64,000 bases of DNA from NCBI GenBank assembly GCA_963702595.1, contig CAVPDC010000024.1:12593-76592 (forward strand). The letters run 5' to 3'. Position 1 is the stretch's first letter, and the number at the start of each line of letters is the position of its first letter. This document shows, in pieces, positions 20,561 to 29,859 of this stretch. The stretch is from an uncultured beta proteobacterium. GTDB lineage: Bacteria > Pseudomonadota > Gammaproteobacteria > Burkholderiales > Burkholderiaceae_F. Position numbers and translations under genes: made by a program. Below the pieces are notes generated by a model that was given only the letters and a program-made list of their open reading frames with translations, was not told where the DNA came from and ran no database searches.

Positions 20561-21652
20561 CTACAGGCGGGCGATATTCCTGCGCGCAGACTCGAGATAC
20601 TCGCGCGACTGCATCTCCTCGAGCCGCGACACCGTCCGAGAAAACTCGTTGGCCAGTGCGCCTGATCGGTAAAGCTCGCCTGCCGGTACCTCGGCCGACA
20701 GAAGCAGCTTCACGCGGTGATCGTAGAGCACGTCGACCAGCCAGGTGAAACGCCGCGCTTCGGACGCCTGACCGGCTGACATGCGCGGCACGTTCGACAG
20801 CAGCACCGTATGGAAGCGGGCGGCAATCTCCAGATAGTCGTTCTGCGAGCGCGGCCCACCGCACAGTACCGCGAAGTCGAACCAGACCACACCACCGGCA
20901 CGGCGCCGCGCGCGGATCTGGCGCGCCTCGATCGTGAGCACGGGGTCGTCGTCATCGGTTTCGGCCACGCGCTCGAATGCCGCCGTCAGCGCCGCCTCGG
21001 CCGCCACGCCCCACGGCGTCAGGTAAGCCTCGATGCGCTCCATCGCACGCTTGCGATAGTCGATGTCGCCGTCAACGTGCACGACGTCGAGCCGCTCCTT
21101 CAGCAAAGCGATCGCCGGCAGCATGCGGTCGCGGTGCAGGCCGTCGGGGTAAAGGGCGTCCGGCGCGTAGTTAGAAGTAATGACCAGTCCGACGTTGAGC
21201 GCAAACAGCCGCTCGAGCAGGCGATACAGGATCATCGCGTCGGCGATGTCGGAGACATGAAACTCGTCGAAGCAGATCAGGCGATGGCGCCGTGCGATCC
21301 TCCGCGCGACCTCGTCGAGCGGATCGGCGGTTCCCCTCAGCTCGTGCAGTTCCGCATGGACACTGCGCATGAATTCGTGGAAATGCACGCGCGTCTTGCG
21401 TATCAACGGAACCGCGGCGAAGAGCGCATCCATAAGGAAGCTCTTGCCGCGGCCAACGTCGCCCCACAGGTAGACACCGCGGGGCACCGGCGGGCGCACC
21501 AGCAGTTTCTTCAGCGCGCTGGAGCGATGCGCCTTGTAGCTGGCCCACTCGTCCTGCAGTTGCTGCAGCCGGATCGCGGCCCGCTCCTGGGCCGCATCGA
21601 GCGAGTAGCCACGCTGGGCCAGCAAAGCGTCAAGCTGGGAGCGGAACGGCAC
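20561..21652 (-). CDS. zapE: Cell division protein ZapE (AFG1-like ATPase)
   Basis: Walker A GDVGRGKSFLMD and Walker B ICFDEFHVSD. I chose the GTG at 21652 (363 aa) because the track's upstream starts (21781, 21829) would overlap lpdA by 70-120 nt. The start is uncertain. Confidence 0.85.
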   Translation of the reverse strand: MPFRSQLDALLAQRGYSLDAAQERAAIRLQQLQDEWASYKAHRSSALKKLLVRPPVPRGVYLWGDVGRGKSFLMDALFAAVPLIRKTRVHFHEFMRSVHAELHELRGTADPLDEVARRIARRHRLICFDEFHVSDIADAMILYRLLERLFALNVGLVITSNYAPDALYPDGLHRDRMLPAIALLKERLDVVHVDGDIDYRKRAMERIEAYLTPWGVAAEAALTAAFERVAETDDDDPVLTIEARQIRARRRAGGVVWFDFAVLCGGPRSQNDYLEIAARFHTVLLSNVPRMSAGQASEARRFTWLVDVLYDHRVKLLLSAEVPAGELYRSGALANEFSRTVSRLEEMQSREYLESARRNIARL

Positions 21653-21707
21653 GCGGTGGGGCGAGTGTGACGTTGACTGACGACGGTCCGGTGCTCGAAG
21701 CCGGCAC

Positions 21708-23147
21708 TCAGAAGTTGAGCGTGCGCTTGTCCACTGCCAACGCCGCCTCCTTGGTGGCTTCCGACAGTGACGGGTGCGCATGGCAAATGCGCGCGATGTC
21801 CTCGGAGGAGGCGCGGAACTCCATCGCAACCACCGCCTCGGCGATCAACTCGGAAGCCAGCGGGCCGATGATGTGCACGCCGAGGATCTCGTCCGTCGCG
21901 GCGTCGGCGAGAAACTTGACCATGCCGTTCGTATCGCCCAGCGCACGCGCCCGGCCGTTGGCAGCGAAAGGAAAGGTTCCGGCGCGGTAGGCCCGGCCGG
22001 CCGCCTTCAGTTGCTGCTCGGTCTGGCCGACCCAGGCGATCTCAGGCGAGGTGTAGATGACCCACGGGATAGTGTTGAAGTTGACGTGGCCGTGCTGGCC
22101 GGCGATGCGCTCCGCGACGGCCACGCCTTCTTCTTCCGCCTTGTGCGCGAGCATCGGTCCGCGCACGCAATCGCCAACAGCCCAGACGTTAGGCACATGG
22201 CTGCGGCAATCGTCGTCGACCGCGACAAAGCCACGCTCGTCGAGCGCGAGTCCGATCGCCTCCGGAGCGAGTCCGATCGTGTTGGGTACGCGACCGATCG
22301 AAACGATGAGGCGATCCACCGCAAGTGTCTGGGCCGCACCGGCGGAGTCGGTGTACTCGACTCGGACTTCCTCGGCCTTGCCCTTCTTCTCGACGGTGAC
22401 CTTCTCGATCTTCACTCCGAGAGAGATCTTCAGCCCCTGGCGCCCGAAGAGCTTCGCCGCTTCCCGGGCAATCTGCTCATCAACAGCGCCGAGGAACGCC
22501 GGCAGCGCTTCGAGGACCGTCACCTCGGCGCCGAGGCGACGCCAGACCGAGCCCATCTCGAGGCCGATAACGCCCGCGCCGATGACACCGAGGCGCTTCG
22601 GCACCTCCGCGATCGACAGTGCACCGTCGTTCGAAAGGATGCGCTTCTCGTCGAACGCAGCGCCGGGCAAGGCGCGCGCGCTCGACCCGGTGGCGACAAT
22701 GACATGGCGGGCGATGAGCGTTTCCTCCGCCGAACCGCTGACCTTGATCTCGATTCCGGCGTCGTTGCGGCCGACGAACGAACCACGGCCGTGGAAGAAC
22801 GCGACCTTATTCTTCTTGAAGAGGTACAGGATTCCATCGTTGTTCTGCTTGACTACGCCGTCCTTGCGGCCAAGCATCTTGGCCAGGTCGAGTCCCAGGC
22901 CCTTGACTTCGATTCCGTGCGCGGCGAAGTGGTGGCCCGCCTGCTCGTAGTGCTCCGACGATTGCAGAAGCGCCTTGGAGGGGATGCAGCCGACGTTCGT
23001 ACAGGTTCCGCCCGGCGCCGGCCCACCGTCCTTGTTCTTCCATTCGTCAACGCAGGCGGCCGCGAGCCCGAGCTGGGCCGCGCGGATTGCCGCAATGTAG
23101 CCGCCGGGACCGCCCCCGATCACGACGACGTCGAAATTCTTGGCCAT
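21708..23147 (-). CDS. lpdA: Dihydrolipoyl dehydrogenase (E3)
   Basis: 479 aa. GGGPGGY FAD motif and redox disulfide GGTCTNVGCIPSK. Confidence 0.95.
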   Translation of the reverse strand: MAKNFDVVVIGGGPGGYIAAIRAAQLGLAAACVDEWKNKDGGPAPGGTCTNVGCIPSKALLQSSEHYEQAGHHFAAHGIEVKGLGLDLAKMLGRKDGVVKQNNDGILYLFKKNKVAFFHGRGSFVGRNDAGIEIKVSGSAEETLIARHVIVATGSSARALPGAAFDEKRILSNDGALSIAEVPKRLGVIGAGVIGLEMGSVWRRLGAEVTVLEALPAFLGAVDEQIAREAAKLFGRQGLKISLGVKIEKVTVEKKGKAEEVRVEYTDSAGAAQTLAVDRLIVSIGRVPNTIGLAPEAIGLALDERGFVAVDDDCRSHVPNVWAVGDCVRGPMLAHKAEEEGVAVAERIAGQHGHVNFNTIPWVIYTSPEIAWVGQTEQQLKAAGRAYRAGTFPFAANGRARALGDTNGMVKFLADAATDEILGVHIIGPLASELIAEAVVAMEFRASSEDIARICHAHPSLSEATKEAALAVDKRTLNF

Positions 23148-23168
23148 GCTTGCCTTTCGCCGTGCGCG

Positions 23169-23480
23169 CTACATCGCGTCGCGTGGCACGAAGATCCAGA
23201 AGATGATGTACAGGACGACGGTGAATCCTCCGACCATCAGTCCGAGTACGAAGATGAGGCGCCAGATCCAGGATTCGACTCCGGTGATCGCCGCGATCCC
23301 GCCGCACACGCCGGCGATCCACTTGTCGTCATTCGACAGGCGCAGGCGGTTGACCGCGAGCGTGCCGCTAGCGGGTGCGCCGGCCAGCAACCGCGCCTTG
23401 GCGGATTCGTACTCGGCCTGAGTCAGCGCGCCAGAAAGCAGCAGGCGGTGCAGCTTTTCGAGTTCGTCGGCCACGGTCAT
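23169..23480 (-). CDS. SHOCT-domain / PspC-domain small membrane protein
   Basis: 103 aa. The N-terminus ELEKLHRLLLSGALTQAEYESAKARLL is SHOCT-like. The C-terminus has the PspC motif KWIAGVCGGIA followed by a TM helix. Gaps of 17 and 21 nt separate it from sucB and lpdA. Confidence 0.7.
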   Translation of the reverse strand: MTVADELEKLHRLLLSGALTQAEYESAKARLLAGAPASGTLAVNRLRLSNDDKWIAGVCGGIAAITGVESWIWRLIFVLGLMVGGFTVVLYIIFWIFVPRDAM

Positions 23481-23497
23481 TGCATTCCTTCCGTTCG

Positions 23498-24757
23498 TCA
23501 GACTTCGAGCAGCAGGCGCGCCGGGTCTTCGAGCGCCTCCTTCATCGTCACCAGCGCCAGAACCGCCTCGCGGCCATCGATGATGCGGTGGTCGTACGAC
23601 ATCGCGAGGTAATTCATCGGCCGCACCACGACCTGTCCGTTCTCGACGACCGCGCGCTCCTTGGTCGCGTGCACGCCGAGGATCGCGGACTGCGGCGGGT
23701 TGATGATCGGCGTCGACAGCATCGAGCCGAACACACCGCCATTGGAGATCGAGAACGTGCCGCCGGTGAGTTCCTCGAGCGCCAGCTTGCCTTCGCCCGC
23801 CCGCTTGCCGTAGTCGGCGATCTTCTTCTCGATGTCGGCGAACGTCATCTGGTCGGCGTCGCGCAGGATCGGCACCACGAGGCCGCGCGGCGATCCGACC
23901 GCGATGCCGATGTCAAAGAAGCCGTGGTAGACGATGTCGTTGCCGTCGACCGACGCATTGACGACCGGGTACTTCTTCAGCGCCGCCACCGCCGCCTTGA
24001 CGAAGAACGACATGAAGCCGAGCTTCACACCGTGCTCCTTTTCGAAACGGTCCTTGTAGCGGTTGCGCAGGTCCATCAGCGGCTGCATGTTGACTTCGTT
24101 GAACGTGGTCAGAATTGCCGCCGTGGACTGCGACTGCACCAGCCGCTCGGCCACTCGCTGCCGCAGGCGCGACATCGGCACGCGCTGCTCGGGCCGATTG
24201 GCCAGGCCCGAGAGGTCGAGCGGCGCTCTTACTTCCGGAAGCGCCGGCTTCGCGGCCGCTGCGACTGGCACCGGGGTCGGTGCCGGTGCCGTCGCGCCGG
24301 CGGCGAGCGCGCCCAGCACATCACCCTTGGTCACGCGACCATCCTTCCCGGTGCCCGCCACCGATCCCGGCGGCAGCCCGGCATCGGCCATCCGCTTGGC
24401 CGCAGAGGGCATCGCAACACCGGCAGCGGGCGCTGGAGTCGGGACAGCGGACTGCTTCGGCGCTGCCGCAGTCGCGGGTGCGGCAGCCGGCGCGGGTGCT
24501 GCGGCCATTGCCTTGCCTTCCGTGTCGACCGTCGCGATGACCTCACCTGCGACAACCGTCGCGCCGTCGACCTTGATGATCTCTCCGAGCACGCCGGCGG
24601 CGGGCGCAGGGACTTCCAGCACCACCTTGTCGGTCTCGATCTCGATCAGGATCTCGTCCATCGCGACGGCGTCGCCGGGCTTCTTCTTCCACTGCAGCAG
24701 CGTGGCTTCCGCCACCGACTCGGACAGCTGTGGAACCTTGACCTCTACGAGTGCCAT
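23498..24757 (-). CDS. sucB: Dihydrolipoyllysine-residue succinyltransferase (E2o)
   Basis: 419 aa. Lipoyl domain ([11 protein letters not shown]), Ala/Pro linker and catalytic DHRIIDG. Confidence 0.95.
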   Translation of the reverse strand: MALVEVKVPQLSESVAEATLLQWKKKPGDAVAMDEILIEIETDKVVLEVPAPAAGVLGEIIKVDGATVVAGEVIATVDTEGKAMAAAPAPAAAPATAAAPKQSAVPTPAPAAGVAMPSAAKRMADAGLPPGSVAGTGKDGRVTKGDVLGALAAGATAPAPTPVPVAAAAKPALPEVRAPLDLSGLANRPEQRVPMSRLRQRVAERLVQSQSTAAILTTFNEVNMQPLMDLRNRYKDRFEKEHGVKLGFMSFFVKAAVAALKKYPVVNASVDGNDIVYHGFFDIGIAVGSPRGLVVPILRDADQMTFADIEKKIADYGKRAGEGKLALEELTGGTFSISNGGVFGSMLSTPIINPPQSAILGVHATKERAVVENGQVVVRPMNYLAMSYDHRIIDGREAVLALVTMKEALEDPARLLLEV

Positions 24758-24889
24758 CTTCTTCTTTCCGGAATGTGCGTTGATCGCGCGCTGCCTGCGT
24801 GGCGCCGATCGGCCTGCGGAAGCGTGGGATCGGGGCGTTGCCGCCCCGAGGGCACACGCGACCGGCGCCGACCGCGACCGGTGCGCGCG

Positions 24890-27748
24890 TTATTTGTTCA
24901 GTACCAGTCCCTTGAGCTTTCCGAACGCCGTATCGAGCAGCGCCTTCTGCTGCTCGACGTGCTTCGCGTAGTAGCCGGCCGCCGGCGAAGCGGAAGGCGC
25001 GCGCCCCGCGTAGCCGAGCTTCTGGCCCTCGACCATGTTCTCGAGCAGGTGATGCTGCGTGTAGAACCACGAACCCTGGTTGGCGGGTTCGTCCTGGCAC
25101 CACACGACCTCGGTCGCGTTCGGATACTTGCGGAACTCCGTCGCCAGTGCCTTGTGCGGGAACGGGTAAAGCTGCTCGATGCGCAGCAGCACCACGTCGT
25201 CTTCCTTGCGCTCGCGTCGCGTGTGCAGGAGGTCGTAGTAGACCTTGCCCGAGCACAGGACGATGCGCTTGACCTTCTTGGCTTCGATCGACGCGTCGCG
25301 CTCGCCGATGACGGTCAGGAACTCACCCCGGGAGAGTTCGGTGAGCTCGGAGGCCGCGTCCTTGTTACGCAACAGTGACTTCGGCGTCATGATGACCAGC
25401 GGCTTGCGGAACAGCCGGATCATCTGCCGCCGCAGCAGGTGGAAGATCTGCGCCGCCGTCGTTGGCTGCGCGATCTGCATGTTGTTGTCCGCTGCCAGCT
25501 GCAGGAAACGCTCCAGCCGCGCCGAGGAGTGCTCCGGGCCCTGCCCTTCATAGCCATGCGGCAGCATCAGCGTCAGGCCGGATTGACGTCCCCACTTGAC
25601 CTCGCCCGATGACAGGAACTGGTCGATGACCACCTGTGCGCCGTTGACGAAGTCGCCGAACTGCGCTTCCCAGATAACCAGCGCGTTGGGCTCGGCGCTG
25701 GCATAGCCGTACTCGAAGGCCAGAACGGCTTCTTCGGACAGCACTGAATCGATGACCGTGAACGGTGCCTGGGTCTCGGAGACGTGCTGCAGCGGGATGA
25801 AAGTGCCCTCGTCCCATTTCTCGCGATTCTGGTCATGCAGTACCGCGTGGCGGTGCGTAAAGGTCCCGCGCCCGGAGTCCTGGCCGGTGATGCGCACCGC
25901 ATAGCCGCTCGCCACCAGTGAGGCGAACGCGAGGTGTTCGCCCATGCCCCAGTCGAGCGGCTGCTTGCCCTCGGCCATCGCGCGGCGGTCCGCGATCACC
26001 TTTTCGACCAGCGAATGAGCCTTGAACTGGGGCGGGATCGTCGTGATGCGCTCGCCCAGGCGCTTCAGTTCTGCCAGTGGCACCGCAGTGTCGGCGTGGT
26101 CAGTCCACTTGCGGTTGAGGAAGGCCGACCAGTCGACCGCAAACTTGCTCTTGTAATTGGTGAGCACCGGGTCCGACGTCGTGCGGCCCTCTTCCATGGC
26201 GGCGCGATAGGCCTTGATCATTTGCTCCGGCACATCGGCCGCGATCGTGCCCTGGGTCACCAGCTTCTCCGCGTAGACCTTGCGGGTGCCGGGATGGCCG
26301 CCGATCTTCTTGTACATCAGCGGCTGCGTCACGGCCGGGGTGTCCTGCTCGTTGTGGCCAAGGCGACGGAAACAGACGATGTCGACGACCACGTCCAGGT
26401 TGAATTGCTGCCGGTAGTCCATCGCCAGTTGCGTCACGAAGACCACCGCCTCCGGATCGTCGCCGTTCACATGGAAAACCGGCGCCTCGATCATCTTGAC
26501 GACATCCGAGCAGTAGATCGTCGACCGCGTGTCGCGCGGGTCCGACGTCGTAAAGCCGATCTGGTTGTTGATGACGATATGCACCGTGCCGCCGGTGCCA
26601 TAGCCGCGGGTCTGTGCGAGGTTGAGCGTTTCCATGACCACGCCCTGCCCGGCGAAGGCCGCATCGCCGTGCACCAGCACGGGCAGCACCTTGTCGCCCT
26701 CCTCGTCGCCGCGCCGTTCCTGGCGCGCGCGCACCGAGCCCTCGACCACCGGGTTGACGATCTCGAGGTGCGAGGGGTTGAACGCCAGCGAAAGATGCAC
26801 CGGACCGCCCGGCGTCGAGATGTCGCTCGAAAATCCCATGTGGTACTTCACGTCGCCCGCCGGCAGGTCGGAGCCCGACTTGCCCTCGAACTCGGCGAAC
26901 AGTTCCTTCGGCATCTTGCCGAGAGTGTTCACGAGTACGTTGAGCCGGCCACGGTGCGCCATGCCGATGACGATCTCTTCCACGCCGGTGGCGCCGGCGC
27001 GCTGGATCAGTTCATCCATCGACGCGATGAAGGTCTCGCCGCCCTCGAGCGAGAAGCGCTTCTGGCCGACATACTTGGTGTGCAGGTAGCGCTCGAGCCC
27101 TTCGGCGGCGGTCACGCGCTCGAGGATGTGGACCTTCTGCTCGGCGGTGAAGCTCGGCGTCGAGCGTGTCGACTCCAGCCGCTGCTGGATCCAGCGCTTC
27201 TGCGCCGGGTCGGAGATGTACATGTACTCGGCGCCGACGTTGCCGCAGTAGGTCTGGCGCAGCGCGGTGACGATCTCGCGCAGCGTCATCTGCTCCTGGC
27301 CGAAGTACGTATTGGACGCCGAGAAGACGGTGTCCATGTCGGCTTCGGTCAGGTCATAGAACCCCGGCTCGAGTTCGGGAATCGCCGGCCGCTCCTGACG
27401 TTGCAGCGGATCGAGGTTGGCCCAGCGATTGCCGAGGAAGCGGTAGGCCGCAATGATCGACTGGACATGGACCTGCTTGCGCGCCACCGACAGATCGGTC
27501 GGCGCCACCTTGGGCTGGAACGCTCCGGCCTTGGCCCGCTGCGCAAAGGACTCAACGATCGGCGCATGCGCGACGTCGCGCGAACTGGCCGAGCCATCGG
27601 CGGCCGGCACCAGCTGCATCTGGTCGAAGTAGGCGCGCCACTTGTCGGGCACGGAGCCCGGGTTGTCGAGGTAGCGCTCGTAGAGCTCCTCGACGTAAGG
27701 CGCATTGCCGCCAAACAGGTACGAATTGACCTGGAACTGTCGCATCAT
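24890..27748 (-). CDS. sucA: 2-oxoglutarate dehydrogenase E1 component
   Basis: About 952 aa. I prefer the ATG at 27748 (MMRQFQVNSYLFGGNAPYVEELYE) with GGTGAAGG upstream. The track starts 9 nt earlier at a GTG. Confidence 0.95.
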   Translation of the reverse strand: MMRQFQVNSYLFGGNAPYVEELYERYLDNPGSVPDKWRAYFDQMQLVPAADGSASSRDVAHAPIVESFAQRAKAGAFQPKVAPTDLSVARKQVHVQSIIAAYRFLGNRWANLDPLQRQERPAIPELEPGFYDLTEADMDTVFSASNTYFGQEQMTLREIVTALRQTYCGNVGAEYMYISDPAQKRWIQQRLESTRSTPSFTAEQKVHILERVTAAEGLERYLHTKYVGQKRFSLEGGETFIASMDELIQRAGATGVEEIVIGMAHRGRLNVLVNTLGKMPKELFAEFEGKSGSDLPAGDVKYHMGFSSDISTPGGPVHLSLAFNPSHLEIVNPVVEGSVRARQERRGDEEGDKVLPVLVHGDAAFAGQGVVMETLNLAQTRGYGTGGTVHIVINNQIGFTTSDPRDTRSTIYCSDVVKMIEAPVFHVNGDDPEAVVFVTQLAMDYRQQFNLDVVVDIVCFRRLGHNEQDTPAVTQPLMYKKIGGHPGTRKVYAEKLVTQGTIAADVPEQMIKAYRAAMEEGRTTSDPVLTNYKSKFAVDWSAFLNRKWTDHADTAVPLAELKRLGERITTIPPQFKAHSLVEKVIADRRAMAEGKQPLDWGMGEHLAFASLVASGYAVRITGQDSGRGTFTHRHAVLHDQNREKWDEGTFIPLQHVSETQAPFTVIDSVLSEEAVLAFEYGYASAEPNALVIWEAQFGDFVNGAQVVIDQFLSSGEVKWGRQSGLTLMLPHGYEGQGPEHSSARLERFLQLAADNNMQIAQPTTAAQIFHLLRRQMIRLFRKPLVIMTPKSLLRNKDAASELTELSRGEFLTVIGERDASIEAKKVKRIVLCSGKVYYDLLHTRRERKEDDVVLLRIEQLYPFPHKALATEFRKYPNATEVVWCQDEPANQGSWFYTQHHLLENMVEGQKLGYAGRAPSASPAAGYYAKHVEQQKALLDTAFGKLKGLVLNK

Positions 27749-28038
27749 CGCCTTCACCTTTCAGAACGAGTTTCTCGTTGAAGATGCCCGGCGTGGCGGT
27801 CGCGAAGCCTCCTGCGCCGGCGACAACGCGCTCCGGATTCCGGTGCCGTTGCCGAGAGCACCGGCAGCAATCGAGGGCCGCCGGCGGCAAGCGCGGGATG
27901 CTACCACTGCACGGGCGGATTTCATCCTGGTGTGGCGCGGATGCCGCGTCGACTCGGGCGGCGAGCGAACGACGCCGCCCGGGAATACACTCCCGCGCAC
28001 CACAAAACTCGCCGCCAAGACGGACGAGGAGGAGACAC

Positions 28039-29859
28039 GTGCAAGCGACGGACATCCGTCGTCCCGACTACTTTCATCGAGTCGTGGACTGCCAGTGGGC
28101 GTGCCCGGCGCACACCCCCGTTCCCGAGTACATCCGACTGATCGCGAGCGGGCGTTACACCGATGCCTACATGGTCAATTGGCAGTCGAATGTCTTTCCC
28201 GGCATCCTCGGACGGACCTGTGATCGACCCTGCGAGCCGGCCTGCCGCCGCGGACGCGTCGAGGAAAACCAGGTCACGCGACCCGAACCGGTGGCGATCT
28301 GCCGGCTGAAGCGCGTTGCGGCGGACCTCAAGGGTGATATTCAGCGCAGGTTGCCGAAGCGGGCCGCACGGCGGAACGGCAAACGAATCGCCTGCGTCGG
28401 CGCCGGACCGGCCTCGCTGACTGTTGCCCGCGACCTTGCCCCTCTTGGTTATGAGGTCATTGTCTTTGACCAGGACCCGAAGGCTGGCGGCATGGTCCGC
28501 ACGCAGATTCCCCGCTTCCGGCTGCCGGAAGAAGTCATCGACGAAGAAACCGGCTACGTGCTCGCGCTCGGCGTCGAATTCCGCGGCGGCGTGCGCATCG
28601 ATTCGATGAAGGCGATACTCGCCGAAGGCTATGACGCGGTCTTCGTCGGCTCCGGCGCGCCGCGCGGGCGCGATCTCGACATGCCGGGCCGCCGCGAAGC
28701 CGCCGCGCATATCCATATTGGCATCGACTGGCTCTCGTCCGTCTCCTTCGGGCACGTCACGAAAGCAGGCAAACGCGTCATCGTGCTTGGCGGCGGCAAC
28801 ACGGCGATGGATTGCTGCCGGACCGCGCGCCGGCTGGGCGGCGAGGACGTAAAGGTCATCGTGCGTTCCGGTTTTGAGGAAATGAAGGCCTCGCCATGGG
28901 AGAAGGAGGACGCGCAGCACGAAGGCATTCCGATCCTCAACTTCCTAGTGCCCAAGGCGTTCCTGCACGTCAGCGGCCGCCTGACCGGCATGACCTTCGG
29001 CAAGGTGAAGGCCGTCTACGACGAGCGCGGCCGGCGCTCGCTGGTGCCAACTGGGGAGCCGGACCAGACCTTCGCGTGCGACGAAGTCCTGGTCGCCGTC
29101 GGACAGGAAAACGCCTTCCCATGGATCGAGCGCGACGCGGGGATCAGGTTCGACGACAGCGGCATGCCGGTGCTCGATACCACCACTCTGCAGTCGTCGC
29201 TGCCTAACGTATTCTTTGGCGGCGACGCGGCGCTCGGACCCAAGAACATCATCTGGGCCGTCGCGCAGGGCCATGATGCGGCCGTGTCGATCGACAAGTT
29301 CCTGCACGGCGAGGACGTGCACGAGCGCCCTGCCCCGGGTGTGACACTCGTGTCGCAGAAGATGGGCATCCACGAGTGGAGCTATGACAACGAGGTCGCG
29401 CCCGATACGCGCTTCAAGGTGCCCTGGCGCGATGTCAATCAGGCGTTGCGGAGCATCAAGATCGAAGTCGAACTCGGATTCGACGCCGCCACGGCGTGGA
29501 AGGAGGCCCAGCGCTGCCTCAACTGCGACGTGCAGACGGTTTTCAGCGCGGCGCAGTGCATCGAGTGCGATGCCTGCGTGGACGTCTGCCCGACCGACTG
29601 CATCAACTTCATCACGAACGGCGAGGAGTCGGAACTCCGACGGCGGCTGCGCGCGCCCGCGCAGAACCCGGAACAGGCGCTGTATGTCTCGAGCGAACTG
29701 AAAACCGGCCGCGTCATGGTCAAGGACGAGGATGTCTGCCTGCATTGCGGCCTGTGCGCCGAGCGATGCCCCACCGGCGCGTGGGACATGCAGCGCTTCC
29801 GGCTCGACGTGACGCATGCCGGACGCGGTTGCCGCGTGAAGCACAAGGAGGCCGCCTGA
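28039..29859 (+). CDS. NADPH-dependent GltD-like flavoprotein fused to a 2x[4Fe-4S] ferredoxin domain (KorC/BzdV-like OFOR partner)
   Basis: GTG at 28039 follows GGAGGAG. GltD-type N-terminal Cys-rich domain. Two Rossmann motifs (ACVGAGPASL, VLGGGNTAMD). C-terminal CIECDACVDVCP and CLHCGLCAERCP. The stop overlaps the korA ATG. Confidence 0.8.
   Translation: MQATDIRRPDYFHRVVDCQWACPAHTPVPEYIRLIASGRYTDAYMVNWQSNVFPGILGRTCDRPCEPACRRGRVEENQVTRPEPVAICRLKRVAADLKGDIQRRLPKRAARRNGKRIACVGAGPASLTVARDLAPLGYEVIVFDQDPKAGGMVRTQIPRFRLPEEVIDEETGYVLALGVEFRGGVRIDSMKAILAEGYDAVFVGSGAPRGRDLDMPGRREAAAHIHIGIDWLSSVSFGHVTKAGKRVIVLGGGNTAMDCCRTARRLGGEDVKVIVRSGFEEMKASPWEKEDAQHEGIPILNFLVPKAFLHVSGRLTGMTFGKVKAVYDERGRRSLVPTGEPDQTFACDEVLVAVGQENAFPWIERDAGIRFDDSGMPVLDTTTLQSSLPNVFFGGDAALGPKNIIWAVAQGHDAAVSIDKFLHGEDVHERPAPGVTLVSQKMGIHEWSYDNEVAPDTRFKVPWRDVNQALRSIKIEVELGFDAATAWKEAQRCLNCDVQTVFSAAQCIECDACVDVCPTDCINFITNGEESELRRRLRAPAQNPEQALYVSSELKTGRVMVKDEDVCLHCGLCAERCPTGAWDMQRFRLDVTHAGRGCRVKHKEAA

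Noticed and set aside
21653-21829. Longer ZapE ORF starting at 21781 or 21829
   Set aside because: It would overlap the lpdA 3' end by 70-120 nt. The extra residues are Arg/Pro-rich and unlike AFG1/ZapE N-termini. The exact start remains uncertain.
27778-28038. 87-codon N-terminal extension of the KorC-like ORF
   Set aside because: It is Arg/Ala-rich and lies in the divergent promoter region. The GTG at 28039 is preceded by GGAGGAG, and the conserved GltD-like domain starts right after it.
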